A stretch of DNA of 64,000 bases, taken from contig JBAXTZ010000002.1 of assembly GCA_037129925.1 (NCBI GenBank), positions 19,273 through 83,272 of the forward strand. Reading direction: 5' to 3'. This DNA is from Bacillota bacterium (lineage in GTDB: Bacteria > Bacillota > Negativicutes > JBAXTZ01). Below are positions 51,054 through 61,052 of this stretch, piece after piece; positions within the stretch are counted from its first letter, which is position 1, and every line of letters starts with the position of its first letter. The position numbers and the translations under genes are program-made. The notes under the pieces were generated by a model. The model searched no databases and had not been told where the DNA came from. It was given only the letters and a program-made list of their open reading frames with translations.

Positions 51054-51960
51054 TTTAGTAGTTACTGATCTGGATAACAATAAACGCATTGATATTTTCC
51101 TAGCAGAACAATTGACCGATTTATCCCGTACCAGAGTGCAAAATCTTTGCAAAAGCGGCGAAATAACTATTAATGGCGTTTCGCAAAAAAGCAACCAACG
51201 CATTACTACTGGTGATCAGGTAACGGTAACTGTTCCGGATGCAGTTTCAATTGAAATAGTGGCCGAATCGATACCGCTGAATGTAGTTTACGAAGATGAG
51301 CATTTGGCAGTAATTAATAAAGCACCCGGAATGGTAGTCCATCCGGCGGTGGGAAATTATTCCGGAACGCTAGTAAATGCGATCATGGCACATATGGATG
51401 ACTTGTCGGGCATCGGCGGTGAGATCCGTCCGGGAATAGTACATCGTTTGGATAAAGACACATCAGGTTTGATTGTTATCGCCAAAAATGATAACGCTCA
51501 TAAAATACTGTCCGCTGCAATTGCTGAGCATAAGGTGTCGCGCAAGTATCTGGCTGTAGTTAAAGGAGCAATTGCCGAAAACCAGGCGATCATTCGCACC
51601 AAAATTGGTCGTCATTCCAATGATCGCAAAAAAATGGCGGTGGTCGAAAAAAACGGTAAAGATGCCGAAACGGAGTTTTTCGTTCGCGAACGATTCAAGG
51701 ATCTGACCTTGGTTGAATGTCATTTACGCACTGGTCGTACCCATCAAATTCGCGTACATATGGCGTATATTGGTCATCCAATCTTGGGTGACGGGGTCTA
51801 TGGCAATCCAAAAAATCGTTTTGACTTCAATAGACAGGCGTTACATGCCTTTGAACTATCATTTGTTCATCCAGTCAGTGGTGAACAAATGACATTTTCT
51901 GCGCCGTTGTGGCCAGATATGCAAGAATTGTTGGAGAAAATTGTTCAGTATTCAGACTGA
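51040..51960 (+). CDS. rluD: RluA/RluD-family pseudouridine synthase
   Basis: S4 domain, VHRLDKDTSG, TGRTHQIRVH. Confidence 0.9.
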   Translation: MKKYNLVVTDLDNNKRIDIFLAEQLTDLSRTRVQNLCKSGEITINGVSQKSNQRITTGDQVTVTVPDAVSIEIVAESIPLNVVYEDEHLAVINKAPGMVVHPAVGNYSGTLVNAIMAHMDDLSGIGGEIRPGIVHRLDKDTSGLIVIAKNDNAHKILSAAIAEHKVSRKYLAVVKGAIAENQAIIRTKIGRHSNDRKKMAVVEKNGKDAETEFFVRERFKDLTLVECHLRTGRTHQIRVHMAYIGHPILGDGVYGNPKNRFDFNRQALHAFELSFVHPVSGEQMTFSAPLWPDMQELLEKIVQYSD

Positions 51961-52028
51961 AGTTATCGAAAAGTTAGCGCAATATATGCTATAATAAGCG
52001 CGTTCGGATTACGACGAGGAGGAAATGT

Positions 52029-52691
52029 ATGAAAAAAGTACTATTTACGATGATTATGTCGCTATTGGTGTCGAGTGTGGCGCTGGCCGCGCCGTTGACT
52101 AGTTACAGTTTCCCGCATTTTGAAGTGGACGTAAAAGTCAAGGGTCTTGGTCAGGTGACGCCATCATCGGCGATCCAAAATAATTTCAGTGGCATGAACT
52201 ATAACTTTGCTTATGATTTGGGAGCAACATTGGGTCTCGGAGCCGGATTTGCCGTTAACGCCCAGTTGACTACGGATAAAATCGGTGCCAGTGTAGCACC
52301 AGCAAATCAATATAACAGCTTAGAAGCAAATTTGATGTTTAATGTATTCAAAGCTCCATTGTTACCAAACATCAATGTTTTTGCCGGTGTAGTCGAGAAT
52401 TTTAACGGTGCGCTTACCGTTCAAAATGCCCAAACAGTGATAGCCGGCAATAATTTTGGCTGGCAGGCCGGCGCTAATGTTTCGTATAACCTTATTTTGG
52501 CAACTGTCTACGCGTCTGGCGCTTACGGTAATACCCGTCTAACCTATGAAGCTGGTTTGTCGGTTCCAATTGCTTTTGTTTTCTCAATTGATGCCGGTTA
52601 TAAAGTTACCCAATACGGTGGAACTATCGAAAATTCAGCAAATTCGCTGACTTTTGCCGGTCCGTTCGTCGGCGCGTCCTTCGGTTTCTAA
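52029..52691 (+). CDS. Probable outer-membrane beta-barrel protein
   Basis: Cleavable signal peptide (ALA), alternating beta-strand pattern, C-terminal GASFGF. Confidence 0.7.
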   Translation: MKKVLFTMIMSLLVSSVALAAPLTSYSFPHFEVDVKVKGLGQVTPSSAIQNNFSGMNYNFAYDLGATLGLGAGFAVNAQLTTDKIGASVAPANQYNSLEANLMFNVFKAPLLPNINVFAGVVENFNGALTVQNAQTVIAGNNFGWQAGANVSYNLILATVYASGAYGNTRLTYEAGLSVPIAFVFSIDAGYKVTQYGGTIENSANSLTFAGPFVGASFGF

Positions 52692-52700
52692 ACTGAATTA

Positions 52701-52754
52701 GTTACATACAGAAAAAGACTTTCGTTTTCACGAAAGTCTTTTTCTGTATGTAAC
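52701..52754. terminator. Bidirectional terminator; perfect 25-bp inverted repeat
   Basis: gttacatacagaaaaagactttcgt-tttc-acgaaagtctttttctgtatgtaac between convergent genes. Confidence 0.88.
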
Positions 52755-52766
52755 CTCTGTACTAAA

Positions 52767-53696
52767 TTATGCTTTTCCTGCGCAGCCAAGTACATTAACT
52801 ATCTTGCGCTGAACCATTTGCTTGATGGCTTCGCGAGCTGGTGCTAAGTACTGACGTGGGTCAAAATGATCCGGGTGCTCAGCAAAGTATTCGCGGATGG
52901 TTGCTGTCATTGCCAGTCGCAAATCAGAATCGATATTGATTTTGCATACGCCCATAGTGGCAGCGTGACGCAACATTTCTTCAGGAACGCCTTGTGCGCC
53001 AGGCATGTTTCCGCCGTATTTGTTGATTTTGGCAACTAATTCGGGAATAACGCTGGATGCACCATGTAAAACTAGCGGAAAACCAGGCAATAAATCGGAA
53101 ATTATTTGTAATCGGGCAAAATCAAGGTTTGGATCGCCTTTAAATTTGAATGCGCCGTGGCTGGTACCGATAGCAATGGCTAAGCTGTCAACGCCAGTGC
53201 GATAGACGAATTCAGCGGCTTGTTCAGGATTAGTGTAGGATGCATCAGCAGCACTGACGTTTACTGAGTCTTCTACGCCAGCCAACCGTCCGAGTTCTGC
53301 TTCAACAACTACACCGTGAGCGTGAGCATATTCAACAACTTTCTTGGTAGTTGCGATATTTTCTTCGAACGAGTGATGTGAAGCATCGATCATTACTGAA
53401 GTGAAACCGCCGTCAACACAGCTTTTGCAGAGTTCAAAACTATCACCATGATCAAGATGTAAAGCAATCGGTAAACCGCTGTCGGCAACTGCCGCTTCAA
53501 CTAATTTTATTAGATAGATATGGCGGGCATACTTCCTGGCGCCAGCGCTAACTTGAAGAATGAGCGGAGCTTGGACTTCTTTACCCGCATCAACGATACC
53601 TTGAATGATTTCCATGTTGTTCACGTTAAAAGCGCCGATGGCATATTTGCCCTCGTATGCTTTTTGGAACATCTCTTTAGTTCCTACTAATGGCAT
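52767..53696 (-). CDS. fba: Class II fructose-1,6-bisphosphate aldolase
   Basis: AFNVNN, LHLDHG, EAELG, GTSHG, VLHGAS. Confidence 0.97.
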   Translation of the reverse strand: MPLVGTKEMFQKAYEGKYAIGAFNVNNMEIIQGIVDAGKEVQAPLILQVSAGARKYARHIYLIKLVEAAVADSGLPIALHLDHGDSFELCKSCVDGGFTSVMIDASHHSFEENIATTKKVVEYAHAHGVVVEAELGRLAGVEDSVNVSAADASYTNPEQAAEFVYRTGVDSLAIAIGTSHGAFKFKGDPNLDFARLQIISDLLPGFPLVLHGASSVIPELVAKINKYGGNMPGAQGVPEEMLRHAATMGVCKINIDSDLRLAMTATIREYFAEHPDHFDPRQYLAPAREAIKQMVQRKIVNVLGCAGKA

Positions 53697-53792
53697 TTAC
53701 AAATCCTCCTAGAATTATTTCTCTTCAATTATAGCACAATAATCGCAGCTGTTCAAAAAAAGAATAGAAAATAATAACTGTGTTTACAAATG

Positions 53793-53821
53793 TTGACATA
53801 TCGGCTCAACAATATTACAAT
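53793..53821 (+). promoter_or_regulatory. Sigma-A-type promoter of the thrS leader
   Basis: TTGACA, 17 bp, TACAAT. Confidence 0.8.
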
Positions 53822-53827
53822 AATACA

Positions 53828-54092
53828 AAGCCATGATAAAGATAAGATGCTTTATTAGGTCTGCGCCAGAGAGTTGTCGCAACAGCTGTGAGCGATAATC
53901 GCATGATTTTAAGCGTTACCACTTTTGAGCTGCGCAAAAGAAAATAGTACTTTGCGCCGGGATTTCCCGTTACAGAAAACTAAGAAATTATTTTAAACTT
54001 TAATTTAATGAAAGTATTAAAATAATTGAATAGGGTGGAACCGCGTGAGCCATTGCCTCTCGCCCCTGGTGGGCTGGAGGTTTTTTTATTTT
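53828..54092 (+). ncRNA. T-box riboswitch (Thr)
   Basis: AGAGAG and GCTGTGA stem I motifs; ACC specifier at 53918-53920; AGGGTGGAACCGCG T-box at ~54032-54045; terminator with T run. Confidence 0.9.
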
Positions 54093-54104
54093 TATGGAGG
54101 GAAG

Positions 54105-56042
54105 ATGAAAGTAACATTAAAAGACGGCAAAGAACTGGACTGTGACAATGGATTATCACTTTTACAAATTGCCAAACAAATCAGCCAGGGATTGGCAAAA
54201 AAAGCGTTAGTTGCCAAAGTTAACGGGCAATTAACAGACTTATCGTATTTATTGCAAGCCGATGCGAAAATTGAATATTTTTCTTTTGAAGATGTTGAAG
54301 GAAAAAACGCATTACGCCATACCGCGGCACATATTTTAGCGCAAGCTGTTAAACGACTATATCCGGCAGTGAAGTTAGCAATTGGTCCGGCCATTGAGAA
54401 CGGATTTTATTATGATTTCGATATTGAAAATCCGTTTACTCCGGAAGAACTTGTTAAAATTGAAAAAGAAATGCAAAAAATTATTGATAGTAATTTACCG
54501 CTTGAGCGCATTGAGGTGTCCCGCGAAGAAGCTTTACGGTTAATGAACAAAGGCGGCGAGATTTATAAAGCAGAACTGATAAGCGAGCTTCCGGAAGATG
54601 CCATTATTACCTTGTATCGGCAAGGTGACTTCGTTGATTTGTGCGCCGGCCCACATCTCGTGACAACTAATCCGGTCAAAGCCTTCCGGTTGTTGCAAAC
54701 TGCCGGAGCATATTGGCGGGGTAGTGAGAAAAATAAAATGTTGCAACGAATTTACGGTACAGCGTTCACAAAAAAAGACGAATTAGAAGAGTATGTCCAG
54801 CGGCTCGAGGAAGCCAAGGCTCGTGACCACAATAAACTTGGGCGTGAATTGGAGCTGTTTACAACTGTCCCGTGTATCGGTCAGGGTTTGCCGTTGCTAA
54901 TGCCCAAAGGCGCCAAAATAGTACAAATTCTTCAGCGCTTTGTCGAAGACGAGGAAGAACGTCGTGGTTATCAACTTACCAAAACTCCACTAATGGCCAA
55001 AAGCGACTTGTATAAATTGTCCGGTCACTGGCAACATTATAAAGATGGCATGTTCGTAATGGGAAACGAGGAAACTGACGAGGAAGTGCTGGCGCTTCGT
55101 CCGATGACCTGTCCGTTTCAGTTTATGATTTATAAAGCGAAGACTCGCAGTTACAAAGATTTGCCAATTCGCTATGCTGAAACGTCTACCTTGTTTAGAA
55201 ATGAATCAAGTGGTGAAATGCATGGTCTGATACGAGTGCGGCAATTCACGATTTCTGAAGGACATTTGGCGTGTACGCCTGATCAGCTTGAACAAGAATT
55301 TAAAGGTGTTATTGACTTAGTTAACTATTTCATGAATACCTTGGGGCTTAAAGAAGATTTGTCGTATCGCTTCTCAAAATGGGATCCGAATAATACAGAA
55401 AAATACATCGGCACGAAAGAACAATGGGAAGCCGCCCAAGAAAAAATGTCAGTAATATTAACGGACTTAGGTCTGGATTTTGTTGAAGCTGAAGGCGAAG
55501 CAGCGTTCTATGGTCCAAAACTGGACATACAAGCGAGAAATGTCCATGGCAAAGAAGATACGCTGATAACCGTCCAAATAGACTTTGCTTTGGCAGAACG
55601 CTTCGATATGTTCTATTCCGATAGCGATGGCGAAAAAAAACATCCCTATGTTATTCACCGCACCTCCATCGGCTGTTATGAACGCACTTTAGCGTTGTTG
55701 ATTGAAAAATATGCCGGCGCTTTTCCAGTTTGGTTAGCACCGGTTCAAGTAAAAGTTATGCCAATAACTGACCGCGCGTTGGAATATTCACAGACAGTGG
55801 TCGAGCGGTTGAAAAGCAACGGTGTTCGCGTCGAATTAGATGCCCGTAACGAGAAAATCGGCTACAAAATTCGTCAGGCACAACAGGAAAAACTACCTTA
55901 TATGCTGGTTATCGGCGATAAAGAAGTTGAGACTGGTGAAGTTGCCGTTCGTCAGCGCGGTCAGAATGATATTGGTACGATGTCGCTAGCAGTATTTATC
56001 GAACGGGTGCTGAAAGATAACATAGATCGGGTTATTTGGTAA
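54105..56042 (+). CDS. thrS: Threonine--tRNA ligase
   Basis: TGS domain, HTAAH, DLCAGPH, RPMTCP, AFYGPKLD; GGAGG RBS. Confidence 0.98.
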   Translation: MKVTLKDGKELDCDNGLSLLQIAKQISQGLAKKALVAKVNGQLTDLSYLLQADAKIEYFSFEDVEGKNALRHTAAHILAQAVKRLYPAVKLAIGPAIENGFYYDFDIENPFTPEELVKIEKEMQKIIDSNLPLERIEVSREEALRLMNKGGEIYKAELISELPEDAIITLYRQGDFVDLCAGPHLVTTNPVKAFRLLQTAGAYWRGSEKNKMLQRIYGTAFTKKDELEEYVQRLEEAKARDHNKLGRELELFTTVPCIGQGLPLLMPKGAKIVQILQRFVEDEEERRGYQLTKTPLMAKSDLYKLSGHWQHYKDGMFVMGNEETDEEVLALRPMTCPFQFMIYKAKTRSYKDLPIRYAETSTLFRNESSGEMHGLIRVRQFTISEGHLACTPDQLEQEFKGVIDLVNYFMNTLGLKEDLSYRFSKWDPNNTEKYIGTKEQWEAAQEKMSVILTDLGLDFVEAEGEAAFYGPKLDIQARNVHGKEDTLITVQIDFALAERFDMFYSDSDGEKKHPYVIHRTSIGCYERTLALLIEKYAGAFPVWLAPVQVKVMPITDRALEYSQTVVERLKSNGVRVELDARNEKIGYKIRQAQQEKLPYMLVIGDKEVETGEVAVRQRGQNDIGTMSLAVFIERVLKDNIDRVIW

Positions 56043-56704
56043 TGAAAAACTTAAAAGCAATTGATGAAGCCGATCGACCACGAGAAAAATTAATCGCCCG
56101 TGGCGCGGAATCTTTGTCAGATGTTGAACTAATTGCCGCGATTATTGGTACTGGCACTAAAGGTAATGATGTCATGCACGCTGCAAAACAAGTGGTGGAT
56201 GTATTTGATAATAACGACGGCAGAATATTTCCTGCTGAGCAGTTAAAGCTTATTTCAGGAATTGCTGCAGTTAAAACTACTGTACTTGCTGCTGCTTGGG
56301 AATTTATGCGGCGACGGGTAGGATGTGACGGAAAGCGGATAATAAAACCAGTTGATGTGATGAGCATTGTTCAGCATTATGCTGATCGTCGTCAAGAGCA
56401 TTTATTATGTTTGTCGCTCAACGGCGCGAACGAGGTCATTCAATGCCGGGTCGTGACTATCGGCTTGTCCGATCGAAGCCTTGTCCACCCGCGCGAAATA
56501 TTTGCCGACCCGCTGACCGATCGGGCAGCAGCGATAATTATTGCTCACAATCATCCCTCGGGTCAATTATTTCCTAGCGACGAAGACCGGCGCATAACGA
56601 TTCGATTGATACAGGCAGGGGAATTGCTGGGCATCCCGGTGCTGGATCACGTTATTTTTACCGCGAAAGGTCACTATAGTTTTAAGGAACATGGCGAAAT
56701 ATAA
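56042..56704 (+). CDS. radC: RadC/UPF0758 JAB-domain protein
   Basis: RPREKL..G...LSD.EL, VHPREIF, AHNHPSG..PS.ED, LDHVI. Confidence 0.94.
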   Translation: MKNLKAIDEADRPREKLIARGAESLSDVELIAAIIGTGTKGNDVMHAAKQVVDVFDNNDGRIFPAEQLKLISGIAAVKTTVLAAAWEFMRRRVGCDGKRIIKPVDVMSIVQHYADRRQEHLLCLSLNGANEVIQCRVVTIGLSDRSLVHPREIFADPLTDRAAAIIIAHNHPSGQLFPSDEDRRITIRLIQAGELLGIPVLDHVIFTAKGHYSFKEHGEI

Positions 56705-56810
56705 AAAGAAGCAACAAAAATTAATCGCAATTAGAGTTTTCTAAATACTATTTTTCAAACTTTTCGCAAATATGTGCTATAATACCACTATAATAATTTA
56801 CGGAGGATTT

Positions 56811-57641
56811 ATGGAGCAACAAGTTTTGAATGTACTGACGGCAAAGGCAAAACAGATTCGTAAAGACACCATTGAATGTATTGGATTTCTCGGCGTTGGT
56901 CACATTGGCGGCGCGATGTCAGTAGTTGATTTACTGACAGTGTTGTACGAACGTCATATGCGTTATGATGCAACTAACCCTAAAATGGTTGACCGTGACA
57001 AACTTGTGTTATCCAAAGGTCATGCCGGTCCGGCGCTGTATTGCACTTTGGCAAGCAGAGGTTTTTTTCCAAAGGAATGGCTGCATACACTCAATAAAGG
57101 CGGAACTAATCTTCCCAGCCATTGCGATATGAACAAGACACCGGGAATTGATATGACGACCGGTTCGCTTGGACAAGGGATTTCTTCGGCTATAGGCTTG
57201 GCACTGGCTAACCGCTTGAATGGTATTGACCGAAAAGTCTATTTGATTATTGGCGACGGTGAATCTGACGAGGGGCAAAATTGGGAAGGGGCAATGGCGG
57301 CGGCACATTTCAAGTTGAATAATCTTATTGCCTTCACTGATGTCAATAAAATGCAAATCGACGGATATACCAAAGATATTATGGGAGTAGAAAATATCGA
57401 AAAAAAATGGCAGGCATTTGGTTGGACAACAACTCGAATCGACGGGCATGATTATGCTCAGATAGATGCAGCAATTACTCAGGCAAAAACAGCAACCGAT
57501 GCGCCAGTGATGATAATTCTTGATACCATTAAAGGCAAAGGCTGTTCTTTTGCCGAGGGTCGGTTAGATTGTCATAATATGACATTCGATTATAATAAAG
57601 CGCTTGAGGCGATAGCCCTGCTTGACGCGGAGGTAAACTAA
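56811..57641 (+). CDS. Transketolase, N-terminal (TPP-binding) subunit
   Basis: GHIGG, LSKGHA, TGSLGQG, GDGE..EG. Confidence 0.95.
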   Translation: MEQQVLNVLTAKAKQIRKDTIECIGFLGVGHIGGAMSVVDLLTVLYERHMRYDATNPKMVDRDKLVLSKGHAGPALYCTLASRGFFPKEWLHTLNKGGTNLPSHCDMNKTPGIDMTTGSLGQGISSAIGLALANRLNGIDRKVYLIIGDGESDEGQNWEGAMAAAHFKLNNLIAFTDVNKMQIDGYTKDIMGVENIEKKWQAFGWTTTRIDGHDYAQIDAAITQAKTATDAPVMIILDTIKGKGCSFAEGRLDCHNMTFDYNKALEAIALLDAEVN

Positions 57642-57642
57642 C

Positions 57643-58581
57643 ATGGCAGTAAAAGAAATGCGGGCAATCTACGCTGACACTCTAGTAGAGTTAGCTGATG
57701 CTAATGAAAATATTGTGCTATTAGAAGCCGATTTGATGGCAGCTTCAGGAACTAAACCGTTTATGCAAAAATATCCTGAGCGCACTTTTGATGTCGGTGT
57801 TGCTGAAGCAAACATGGTCGGCATTGCAGCAGGTTTAAGCGCTGGCGGAAAAATACCTTTTGCCAATACTTTTGGTTGTTTTGCAACACGGCGGGCGTTT
57901 GATCAGTTCTTTATTTCCTGTTGCTATGCTCAACAAAATGTAAAACTCTGTGGAACGGATCCCGGTGTATCAGCGGCATTCAACGGTGGAACTCATATGC
58001 CGTTTGAGGACATTGGATTAGTTCGTACCGTTCCAAACGTCATTATTTTTGAGCCGTGCGATCCAATATCCCTTAGGGCGTTAGTCAATGCCGCAGCCAC
58101 CCATTACGGCAATACCTACATGCGATTACATCGCAAGATGTTGCCACTGATATATTCCGAAGGCGAACAGTTTGAGTTTGGCAAGGGCAAGATTCTTCGT
58201 GAAGGGGCAGATGTATGCTTAATCGCTTCTGGTGGTGTTTGTGTTGGTGAAGCGCTAAAAGCCTGTGATATTTTAACAGCAAAAGGTATCTCGGTAACTG
58301 TAATAGATATGCACACCATTAAACCGCTAGACAACGAATTGGTGTTACAATACGCCAAGAGCGCTAAAGCATTGTTGACGATTGAAAACCATCAAATAAT
58401 GAACGGATTAGGTTCGGCAGTGTGCGAAGTTATTGCTGAAAATGGTGTCTGTTTGCCGATGAAGCGCATTGGAATAAATGACCTATTCGGCGAAGTCGGA
58501 ACGCAAAGCTACTTGCAAGAACGGTATGGATTGACGGCTGTTAATATCGTCAATCAGGCAGAAAAATTGCTTACAAAATAG
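57643..58581 (+). CDS. Transketolase, C-terminal subunit
   Basis: GVAEANMVG.AAG, GGTHM, IKPLD, GLGSAV. Confidence 0.95.
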   Translation: MAVKEMRAIYADTLVELADANENIVLLEADLMAASGTKPFMQKYPERTFDVGVAEANMVGIAAGLSAGGKIPFANTFGCFATRRAFDQFFISCCYAQQNVKLCGTDPGVSAAFNGGTHMPFEDIGLVRTVPNVIIFEPCDPISLRALVNAAATHYGNTYMRLHRKMLPLIYSEGEQFEFGKGKILREGADVCLIASGGVCVGEALKACDILTAKGISVTVIDMHTIKPLDNELVLQYAKSAKALLTIENHQIMNGLGSAVCEVIAENGVCLPMKRIGINDLFGEVGTQSYLQERYGLTAVNIVNQAEKLLTK

Positions 58582-58588
58582 TAAAACA

Positions 58589-58620
58589 AAAACAGCTCAA
58601 ATTTTGAGCTGTTTTTATTT
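58589..58620 (+). terminator. Intrinsic terminator
   Basis: aaaacagctcaa-att-ttgagctgtttt. Confidence 0.8.
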
Positions 58621-58669
58621 TACTTATTAATATGCAGTGCTATAATGAATACAGTAATTGTACTGGAGA

Positions 58670-59614
58670 ATGTTGATGTTGAAAAAGATTGTTGCAGTCA
58701 CTGTAGCAGTATGTATCCTGTTATTGGGATATTTATGGTATCTGTATAAGATAAATAACGAACAAATAAAAAAATCGGATAATTTCCATATTGCCGTTAT
58801 TTTACAATCAAAATCTGCCGCTTTCTGGCAGAAAGTAGCTAGTGGCGCCAAATCGGTCAAATATCAACAGCTGCAAGTGACTGTCGACGGACCGGAACTA
58901 GAAACCGATTTTACCAAGCAGGCCGGAATGGTCGATGCTGCGATCGAAAAAAAAGTTGATGCAATAGTTATCGCTCCACATAATGCCAGCGCCGTAGTAA
59001 CAGCGCTGAGGCGTGCTCGCGCTGCAAAGATACCGGTAATTATGATTGATAGCTATCTCAATATTGGCGAGATCATTCCATTTGTTGGTAGTGATAACGA
59101 CCAAATCGGTGAAATTGCTGCTAACGCGATATTACAGTCCGGCAAAGTTTCCCGCGCAATAATAATCCGTGGTGTTTGGGGCGATGAATCACAAGATCAG
59201 CGCTCAGCTGCGGCAACGAGAGTGCTAAAAGATGCCGGAGTGGAGATTGTCGCTTATGAAAATGCGGATAGCAATCGAGAAAAGGCAAAAGAGCTAACTG
59301 CGCGGTTGCTCGAGCGTAATGGTGACGTTCAAGCAATATTTGCGACAAACGATTATATGGCGCTCGGTGCCGCAGATGCCGAACGCGAAGCGCGTTATGC
59401 AAATAAAATATTTATTGTCGGCGTTGATGCAATACCCGAAGCGTTAGCAGCGCTAAAAATCGGTATAATTGATGCTACGGTTTCACAGAACGCATATGAA
59501 ATGGGATTAACCGGTGTGGAAATGGCAATAAATATATTCAAAAAGCAACCGATTCCTGAACGCACGATTATTCCAAGCAAATTGATTAATAAAACAAATG
59601 CAAATAGTGATTAA
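58670..59614 (+). CDS. Sugar ABC-type substrate-binding protein (RbsB-like)
   Basis: N-terminal TM; FWQKV..GA, KIPVIMID, FATND.MALGA, VGVD, ATVSQ. Confidence 0.85.
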   Translation: MLMLKKIVAVTVAVCILLLGYLWYLYKINNEQIKKSDNFHIAVILQSKSAAFWQKVASGAKSVKYQQLQVTVDGPELETDFTKQAGMVDAAIEKKVDAIVIAPHNASAVVTALRRARAAKIPVIMIDSYLNIGEIIPFVGSDNDQIGEIAANAILQSGKVSRAIIIRGVWGDESQDQRSAAATRVLKDAGVEIVAYENADSNREKAKELTARLLERNGDVQAIFATNDYMALGAADAEREARYANKIFIVGVDAIPEALAALKIGIIDATVSQNAYEMGLTGVEMAINIFKKQPIPERTIIPSKLINKTNANSD

Positions 59615-59640
59615 AAAAACGCCCTAACGGGCGTTTTTTT
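59613..59640. terminator. Bidirectional terminator
   Basis: aaaaaaacgccc-taac-gggcgttttttt between convergent genes. Confidence 0.88.
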
Positions 59641-59645
59641 AATCA

Positions 59646-60221
59646 CTATTTTGTTTCGTCGTTATTAACTGAGATTTTTTCGGTAGTGCCATCGATCTTA
59701 ACAATATCCACTTCAACTAGCTTGAATACTTTTGCGAGAACTGCAATAACTGCAAGCTCTGGCATCAGTACAGCCGCGGCTACTGCAGCGCCAGCGCCCC
59801 AAGAAGCAACAGGAATTTCTACCAGTAATTTTCCCTCATGTTTGATGCATACTTTAGAAACTTTTCCTTCGCTGATCAATTGTTTGGCTTTGTCTATTGC
59901 ACAATTAGCGTGTTTATTTGCTTCATCTTTAACAGACACAACGCGTTGATCCAGTTGTAACTCTGAGTATTTTTCCTTTAAAAACTGCATTGCTGCTTCA
60001 ACATGAGGAGCAGCTTTACCTTGACCATCTTTAAAAGCATCTTTTAATTTACCGATCAAATCATTTACGGTATCTTTAGTGGTGGGCTTTTCTTCTTCCC
60101 ATGAAATCAATACTTCGAGGATGTCGCCATTATGCTTCTCTAGCAAATCTTTGGCTTCTTTGTAGCTTAAACCGGTGCGCTCGCGGATGAGATCGAGTTT
60201 TTCCAGAGATATATCGCTCAT
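59646..60221 (-). CDS. DUF4342-like protein with UBA-like N-terminus
   Basis: LEKLDLIRERTGLSYKEAKDLLE; K.LI.EG.V.K..IK...LVEIPV followed by a hydrophobic stretch. Confidence 0.7.
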   Translation of the reverse strand: MSDISLEKLDLIRERTGLSYKEAKDLLEKHNGDILEVLISWEEEKPTTKDTVNDLIGKLKDAFKDGQGKAAPHVEAAMQFLKEKYSELQLDQRVVSVKDEANKHANCAIDKAKQLISEGKVSKVCIKHEGKLLVEIPVASWGAGAAVAAAVLMPELAVIAVLAKVFKLVEVDIVKIDGTTEKISVNNDETK

Positions 60222-60307
60222 TGGTATCGCCTCCTAAAATAATATACAGTTATTATATATGGAAATCGATAATAATTCAATAACAATTACCTGAAATCAA
60301 GTTGTTG

Positions 60308-61051
60308 CTATTGTCCTTCGGTGATTATCGAATTAATAAAGTTCAAGGCTTTAAACTTGTGGTTAATGTGATGAGTAATATAGGAATATAAGATTCGTTC
60401 GGCAACATCAAGACTGCTTTTGTTAACGCTAAAATTATGCTCTTCGCTCAATTCCAGCGCTTGTAATTTTGCAAGTAATGTGACGGCATCCATAGCTAAG
60501 CGGGGCAATTGTGTCGGGCTACAACTATCGCATAGTGCGCCGCCGCGTTCAAAATCAAAATGCAACCGGTCAGTGATGGTGGCGCCGCATTTTAAGCAAC
60601 TGTTCAAATACGGCTTATAACCGGCGTGACCGATAATATGGAGCGCAGACACCAGCGCCGCGATGCGGGTATTACGCTTAGATAGCAGTGAAAAACAATC
60701 GGATAATAGTATAAATAATTTATTGTCATTGTCATGCTCGTGATATAAAGCATCGATTAATTCGGCGATAAGCGCTGAATATTGTAAACGGTCAAAATCC
60801 TCGCGCAATTCTCTTCGAGACGTGGCGCAATCAACCTGATTAATAGTCGGCAAACTTCGTGAATAATTCAACTCAACATCAACTGTATTAAACAGTTGCA
60901 GACCGCCACTGTGTCGATTTGACTGAGACCTGGCGTTGTAATTCATTGCCCGCAATTTTCCGCAATCGGCTGTCAGAAAAGTTACTATTCGATCTTTTAC
61001 ACTCCAATCGGTTATTTTGATTATGATGGCGCGATGTTGTTTGCTAGACAT
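60308..61051 (-). CDS. recO: DNA repair protein RecO
   Basis: OB-fold start, GY.P.L..C..CG...GGALC..C; downstream of era. Confidence 0.9.
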   Translation of the reverse strand: MSSKQHRAIIIKITDWSVKDRIVTFLTADCGKLRAMNYNARSQSNRHSGGLQLFNTVDVELNYSRSLPTINQVDCATSRRELREDFDRLQYSALIAELIDALYHEHDNDNKLFILLSDCFSLLSKRNTRIAALVSALHIIGHAGYKPYLNSCLKCGATITDRLHFDFERGGALCDSCSPTQLPRLAMDAVTLLAKLQALELSEEHNFSVNKSSLDVAERILYSYITHHINHKFKALNFINSIITEGQ

Positions 61052-61052
61052 A

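Noticed and set aside
52701-52754. 25-bp perfect inverted repeat as a MITE or IS end
   Set aside because: It lies between convergent genes with internal A/T tracts; a bidirectional terminator explains it and no second copy is in the window.
56042-56704. radC as a marker of a mobile element
   Set aside because: Full-length chromosomal type coupled to thrS, with no mobility genes nearby.
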